The translations under genes were made by a program, and so were the position numbers. Below are positions 60,108 through 64,000 of a DNA stretch of 64,000 bases, one piece after another. How positions within the stretch are numbered: position 1 is the stretch's first letter; the number at the start of each line of letters is the position of its first letter. This DNA is from Clostridia bacterium (GTDB lineage Bacteria > Bacillota > Clostridia > Oscillospirales > CAG-272): contig JAFVRQ010000009.1 in assembly GCA_017504245.1 (NCBI GenBank), positions 2,224-66,223 on the forward strand. Reading direction: 5' to 3'. The notes under the pieces are model-generated. The model ran no database searches and was not told where the DNA came from. It saw nothing but the letters and a program-made list of their open reading frames with translations.

Positions 60108-60947
60108 ATGACCCTTGAAACTGCTAACAGATTATATGAATTGAGAAAAAAGCACAATCTTTCACAGGAGGAGCTTGCCGAGAAGCTTGGTGTATCGCGT
60201 CAGGCGGTATCTAAATGGGAGAGGAGCGAGGCGAGTCCCGATACGGATAATTTGATTGCTCTTGCGAAGATTTACGATCTATCTCTTGACGAGCTTATTT
60301 ACGGTGAAAAGGAAGAGAAGAAGAAAGAAAAGGCAGAGGAAAAAACCGAAGAAAATGCGAACGAGCCCACGAACGAAAAGAGCGAAAATGACAATGAGGA
60401 GCTTTTTGTAAATATAGACGATGGTAAGGATAAGGTTAAGATAGGTCCTAAGGGAATTCTCGTTGAGGACGAGGACGGTGAAAAGGTCAAAATAAGCTGG
60501 AGCGGTATCAAAATTGAAACGTCGAAAAAAGATGATGACGACGATGATGACGATGAGCTTTATGAAACCGTTTATTCAAGTAATGGGAAGACAAAAAAGG
60601 GAGATAATGTTCGAATTAAGGTGAAACGACCTACAAGATTTTGGCTTGAGGTTCCGTATCCCATTATTTGTGCTGTTGCATATTTGATTTTTGGATGCTA
60701 CAATATTTGTGGTGGATGGGCATTATCTTGGGTGATATTTATCACAATCCCGATTTATTACACTTTGGTTGAGGCGATTTACATGAGGAGCTTTGCTTAC
60801 TTTGCTTATCCTGTGTTCTGCGCATTTGTGTATCTTGTGTGCGGTTTATATTTCGGAAATTGGCATCCTTCTTGGATAATTTTTGTTACTGTTCCCGTAT
60901 ACTATCCGATTGCGGATGCGCTTGATAAGGAAATTAGAAGAAAATAA
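60108..60947 (+). CDS. XRE-family HTH regulator with acidic linker and C-terminal membrane domain
   Basis: LSQEELAEKLGVSRQAVSKWE; four short TM segments with repeated YP...W..F..IP.YY. Confidence 0.9.
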   Translation: MTLETANRLYELRKKHNLSQEELAEKLGVSRQAVSKWERSEASPDTDNLIALAKIYDLSLDELIYGEKEEKKKEKAEEKTEENANEPTNEKSENDNEELFVNIDDGKDKVKIGPKGILVEDEDGEKVKISWSGIKIETSKKDDDDDDDDELYETVYSSNGKTKKGDNVRIKVKRPTRFWLEVPYPIICAVAYLIFGCYNICGGWALSWVIFITIPIYYTLVEAIYMRSFAYFAYPVFCAFVYLVCGLYFGNWHPSWIIFVTVPVYYPIADALDKEIRRK

Positions 60948-60981
60948 CACAATAGTTTAATGAACCTGAATGCTTTTTGTT

Positions 60982-61012
60982 AAAAAGCACCGAAAATCCT
61001 CGGTGCTTTTTG
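60982..61012 (+). terminator. Terminator
   Basis: aaaaagcaccga/tcggtgcttttt. Confidence 0.8.
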
Positions 61013-61126
61013 TTAATTATACCATTACGAATTCTTAATATTTTAATTGACTTTTGCGGGGTAAAATGTTATAATATTGGGTGGGAAATATTCTACATTT
61101 CTTTATTATACGAAAGGAGAAGTATT

Positions 61127-62623
61127 TTGAACAATACCAAGAATAACTTTGGTTTTACACACAAAAGCGGAATTCTTATGCCCGTGAGCTCGTTGCCCGC
61201 AAAATACGGCATCGGTGACTTCGGCAAATGCGCTTTTGATTTCGTGGATTTTTTGAGTGAGACGAAGCAGACCTGCTGGCAGGTTTTGCCCCTTAATCCC
61301 ACCTCATACGGCGACAGCCCTTATCAGTCTCCTGCGGCTTGCGCGGGTAATCCTTATTTTATTGCTCCCGAGCTTCTTTTTGAGCAGGGCTTACTTACTA
61401 AGGACGAGCTTGATTCCTATGAGCACGAGCAGGGAAAGATTGACTACGGCTTCCTTTTCAATACTCGCTACGATATGCTTCGCAAGGCCTTTGCAAGATT
61501 TACTCCCGATTCGGAGTATGATGCGTTCTGCGAAAAGACGGCGGCTTGGCTTGAGGATTACGCGCTCTTTATGGCTTTGAAGGTTCATTACAACTATTGC
61601 CAGTGGACTTTATGGAGTGACGAGCACAAGAATATTGCTTCTGCACGTCAGCACAAGGGCGAATTCGAGGCGGAAATGAATTTCTGGAAATGGGTTCAGT
61701 TTGAATTTATGAAGGAATGGAAATCCGTTGTTGAATACGCGCACTCAAAAGGTATCACAATAATAGGGGATATGCCCATTTACGTTGCGCACGACAGTGT
61801 TGACGTTTGGTCCGCTCCCGAGCAGTTCTTGCTTGATAAGAATTACAATCCCACTATCGTGGCAGGTTGTCCTCCCGACGGATTCTCTGTTGACGGTCAG
61901 CTTTGGGGTAATCCAATTTACAATTATGACCTTATGAAGGAGCAGGATTACGCTTGGTGGGTAAAACGCGCCAAAGCTAATTTTGACCTTTACGATATTA
62001 TCCGTATCGACCACTTCCGCGGATTTGCAAGCTATTACGCTATTCCCGCTGATCACGATACGGCAAGATACGGCACCTGGGAGATAGGTCCTCGCCTTCC
62101 TTTGTTTGAGGCGATCGACAAGGCGTTGCCCGAGTCAAAGATTATTGCTGAGGATTTGGGACTTATCACGGACGACGTTACCGAGCTTCTTGAGCAGACG
62201 GGCTTCCCCGGAATGAAGATGCTCCACTTCGCATTCTATGACGAGGAGAGCGAATATCTTCCGAGAAATTATCCCGATGCAAACTGCATCGTGTATTCCG
62301 CTTCCCACGACAGCGACTGCACGGCTACCTGGTATGAAAACCTTGTGGGCGAGGCGCTTGACAGATTCAGATTGGAATGCCCGAGAAGATTGGATCAAAA
62401 TCCCATTGAGGCACTCATTGAGTTCGCTATGACGAGCCCTGCAAACCTTGCAATGGTTCCTCTTATGGACTATCTTGAGCTTCCCAACAGCGAGGGAAGA
62501 ATCAATACTCCCGCAGTTGCCGAGGGCAACTGGGCTTGGAGAGCTAAGCCCGATTATGCGAGTGACGCACTCAAGGCGAAAATCCTTGACGTTACCGTTA
62601 GAACGGGGCGCGAAAGCAAATAA
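61127..62623 (+). CDS. malQ: 4-alpha-glucanotransferase (GH77)
   Basis: SGILMP.SSLP, WQVLPLNP, GDMPIYV, GQLWGNP, RIDHFRG, IAEDLG; TTG start after AAGGAG. Confidence 0.96.
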   Translation: MNNTKNNFGFTHKSGILMPVSSLPAKYGIGDFGKCAFDFVDFLSETKQTCWQVLPLNPTSYGDSPYQSPAACAGNPYFIAPELLFEQGLLTKDELDSYEHEQGKIDYGFLFNTRYDMLRKAFARFTPDSEYDAFCEKTAAWLEDYALFMALKVHYNYCQWTLWSDEHKNIASARQHKGEFEAEMNFWKWVQFEFMKEWKSVVEYAHSKGITIIGDMPIYVAHDSVDVWSAPEQFLLDKNYNPTIVAGCPPDGFSVDGQLWGNPIYNYDLMKEQDYAWWVKRAKANFDLYDIIRIDHFRGFASYYAIPADHDTARYGTWEIGPRLPLFEAIDKALPESKIIAEDLGLITDDVTELLEQTGFPGMKMLHFAFYDEESEYLPRNYPDANCIVYSASHDSDCTATWYENLVGEALDRFRLECPRRLDQNPIEALIEFAMTSPANLAMVPLMDYLELPNSEGRINTPAVAEGNWAWRAKPDYASDALKAKILDVTVRTGRESK

Positions 62624-62668
62624 CGGTTAATAACAAAATTTTATATAATTATACGAAAGGAATTTGTT

Positions 62669-64000
62669 ATGAAAACATTATTAACAAAACATTTGTCCCT
62701 TGCATTGCTGATTTGTATGTTGTTCAGCGTGCTTGGTACAGCTTGTACAGTAGGCGGTGGAACCGATACTCCCGTTACCGGCGAGGACGTTACTTTGCCT
62801 GCTGTTGACCAAACGGATACCTCCGGAAACGTAGATAACGGCGGTATTATGGGTACATATCAGCCACCCGAGGGTGAATATGATATTGAAACTCCCGAGG
62901 GCTACAATAAGGTTACCTTCTATTGGGTAAACAATATGTTCTCCTCTTGGGCTGATTACGAGACCTGTGACATTTGGATCTGGTACGATGACGTTGACGG
63001 TAAGGGTTATTTGATGGAACAGTGCGAATACGGCGCTAAGGTTGTTATCAACGTGCCCGAAACTGTTACAGAGGTTGGCTTTATCGTTCGTAAGGACTGC
63101 TCTGAGCCCGGTGGATCAAGCTGGGGTACAGCTTCCAAGGACGGCGGCGATGACCGTTTCGCTATTATTACGGGAAAAGAAACATACATTTTCCTTAAAA
63201 ACGGTGACACAAATCAATACGCAAGTGATGATGGAGTAAATTTAGTGCAGATTAAGAAGTTTAACGTGGCAGGTATCAAGGACTTCCACACAATCAAGTA
63301 CAATATCAATCCTGCTAAGAAATTGGAAAAATATACGCAGGTTAGTGTTTGGGACGGCGACAAGAAGCTCACCGTTACAAGAGTAAACACTATGGGTAAA
63401 TCTACAACAGCGGGTATGATTACCGTTGCTGAAAAGCTTGAGCTTAACAAGATTTACACGGTTAAGATTGAAGGATTTGAGCCCATCAACGCAGTTCCTA
63501 TGGAAATCTTCGACACAGATGAGTTCAAGAATTTGTATAACTACGACGGCAACGATCTCGGCGCTATTATCAACGGCGACAGCACAACCTTTAAGGTTTG
63601 GGCTCCCACCGCTGCTAAGGTAGTTCTTGACCTTTATAAGAAGGGTAATGAGGTTGACGCGGATGAGAATCCCATCCCCGGCTCTGCTACCGATGCTTAC
63701 GAGCGCATCGAAATGACACTCGGTGATAAGGGTGTTTGGTCCGCAACCGTTGAGGGTGCGGGACACGGCACTTACTACACATACACCGTTACAACCGCAG
63801 CAGGTACTGAAACTGCTACTGACCCCTACGGCAAGGCAGCGGGTCTTAACGGTAACAGATCAATGGTTGTTGATCTTGATCAGACCAATCCTTTGAATTG
63901 GACTGACGATAATTTTGACCCCACATTCGGCGGTACGGTTAACTTCGACAACTACTCAGACGCATTCATCTGGGAGGTACACATCCGTGACTTCTCCAAT
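62669..64000 (+). CDS. pulA: Lipoprotein type I pullulanase (CBM41-like, CBM48, start of GH13), 3'-truncated; absent from the ORF track
   Basis: Manual translation: MKTLL...LGTAC lipobox, IWIW, GFIVR, YDGNDLGA, FKVWAPTA, DPYGKA.G.NG.RS, IWEVHIRDFS. Confidence 0.88.
   Translation, partial: MKTLLTKHLSLALLICMLFSVLGTACTVGGGTDTPVTGEDVTLPAVDQTDTSGNVDNGGIMGTYQPPEGEYDIETPEGYNKVTFYWVNNMFSSWADYETCDIWIWYDDVDGKGYLMEQCEYGAKVVINVPETVTEVGFIVRKDCSEPGGSSWGTASKDGGDDRFAIITGKETYIFLKNGDTNQYASDDGVNLVQIKKFNVAGIKDFHTIKYNINPAKKLEKYTQVSVWDGDKKLTVTRVNTMGKSTTAGMITVAEKLELNKIYTVKIEGFEPINAVPMEIFDTDEFKNLYNYDGNDLGAIINGDSTTFKVWAPTAAKVVLDLYKKGNEVDADENPIPGSATDAYERIEMTLGDKGVWSATVEGAGHGTYYTYTVTTAAGTETATDPYGKAAGLNGNRSMVVDLDQTNPLNWTDDNFDPTFGGTVNFDNYSDAFIWEVHIRDFSN

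Overview
Chromosomal segment of a Clostridia-class (Bacillota) bacterium, probably an uncultured gut lineage (inferred from gene content and sigmaA/RBS style). Most of it is housekeeping: infC-rpmI-rplT, dprA-topA-trmFO-rnc-smc-ftsY, yhbY-nadD-yqeK-LCP-rsfS-leuS, rpsU, ylxM-ffh-rpsP-khpA (minus strand), ymfF/H-lgt-folD, metY-metA, miaA-yggS-sepF-ylmH-T-box-ileS-lspA-rluA, gpmI, hpf, rplS, malQ and a pullulanase. Five small AT-rich accessory patches carry surface or secreted proteins: BspA-type LRR proteins, RHS remnants, an S8 protease and a lipoprotein array. No integrase or transposase is visible. The best leads are: (i) a family of non-coding elements (34302-34497, 38897-39393, degenerate 57617-57914) that share one imperfect terminal inverted repeat but carry unrelated, strongly base-paired interiors and sit at the edges of accessory patches; (ii) an integrase-less 2.5 kb protease island bracketed by a duplicated leuS 3' end, with one in-frame TAG; (iii) a poly-G promoter spacer in front of a modular Cys/His-linker lipoprotein array; (iv) a DUF559-like/RHS deletion chimera. 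All calls come from reading the sequence; no database searches were run.
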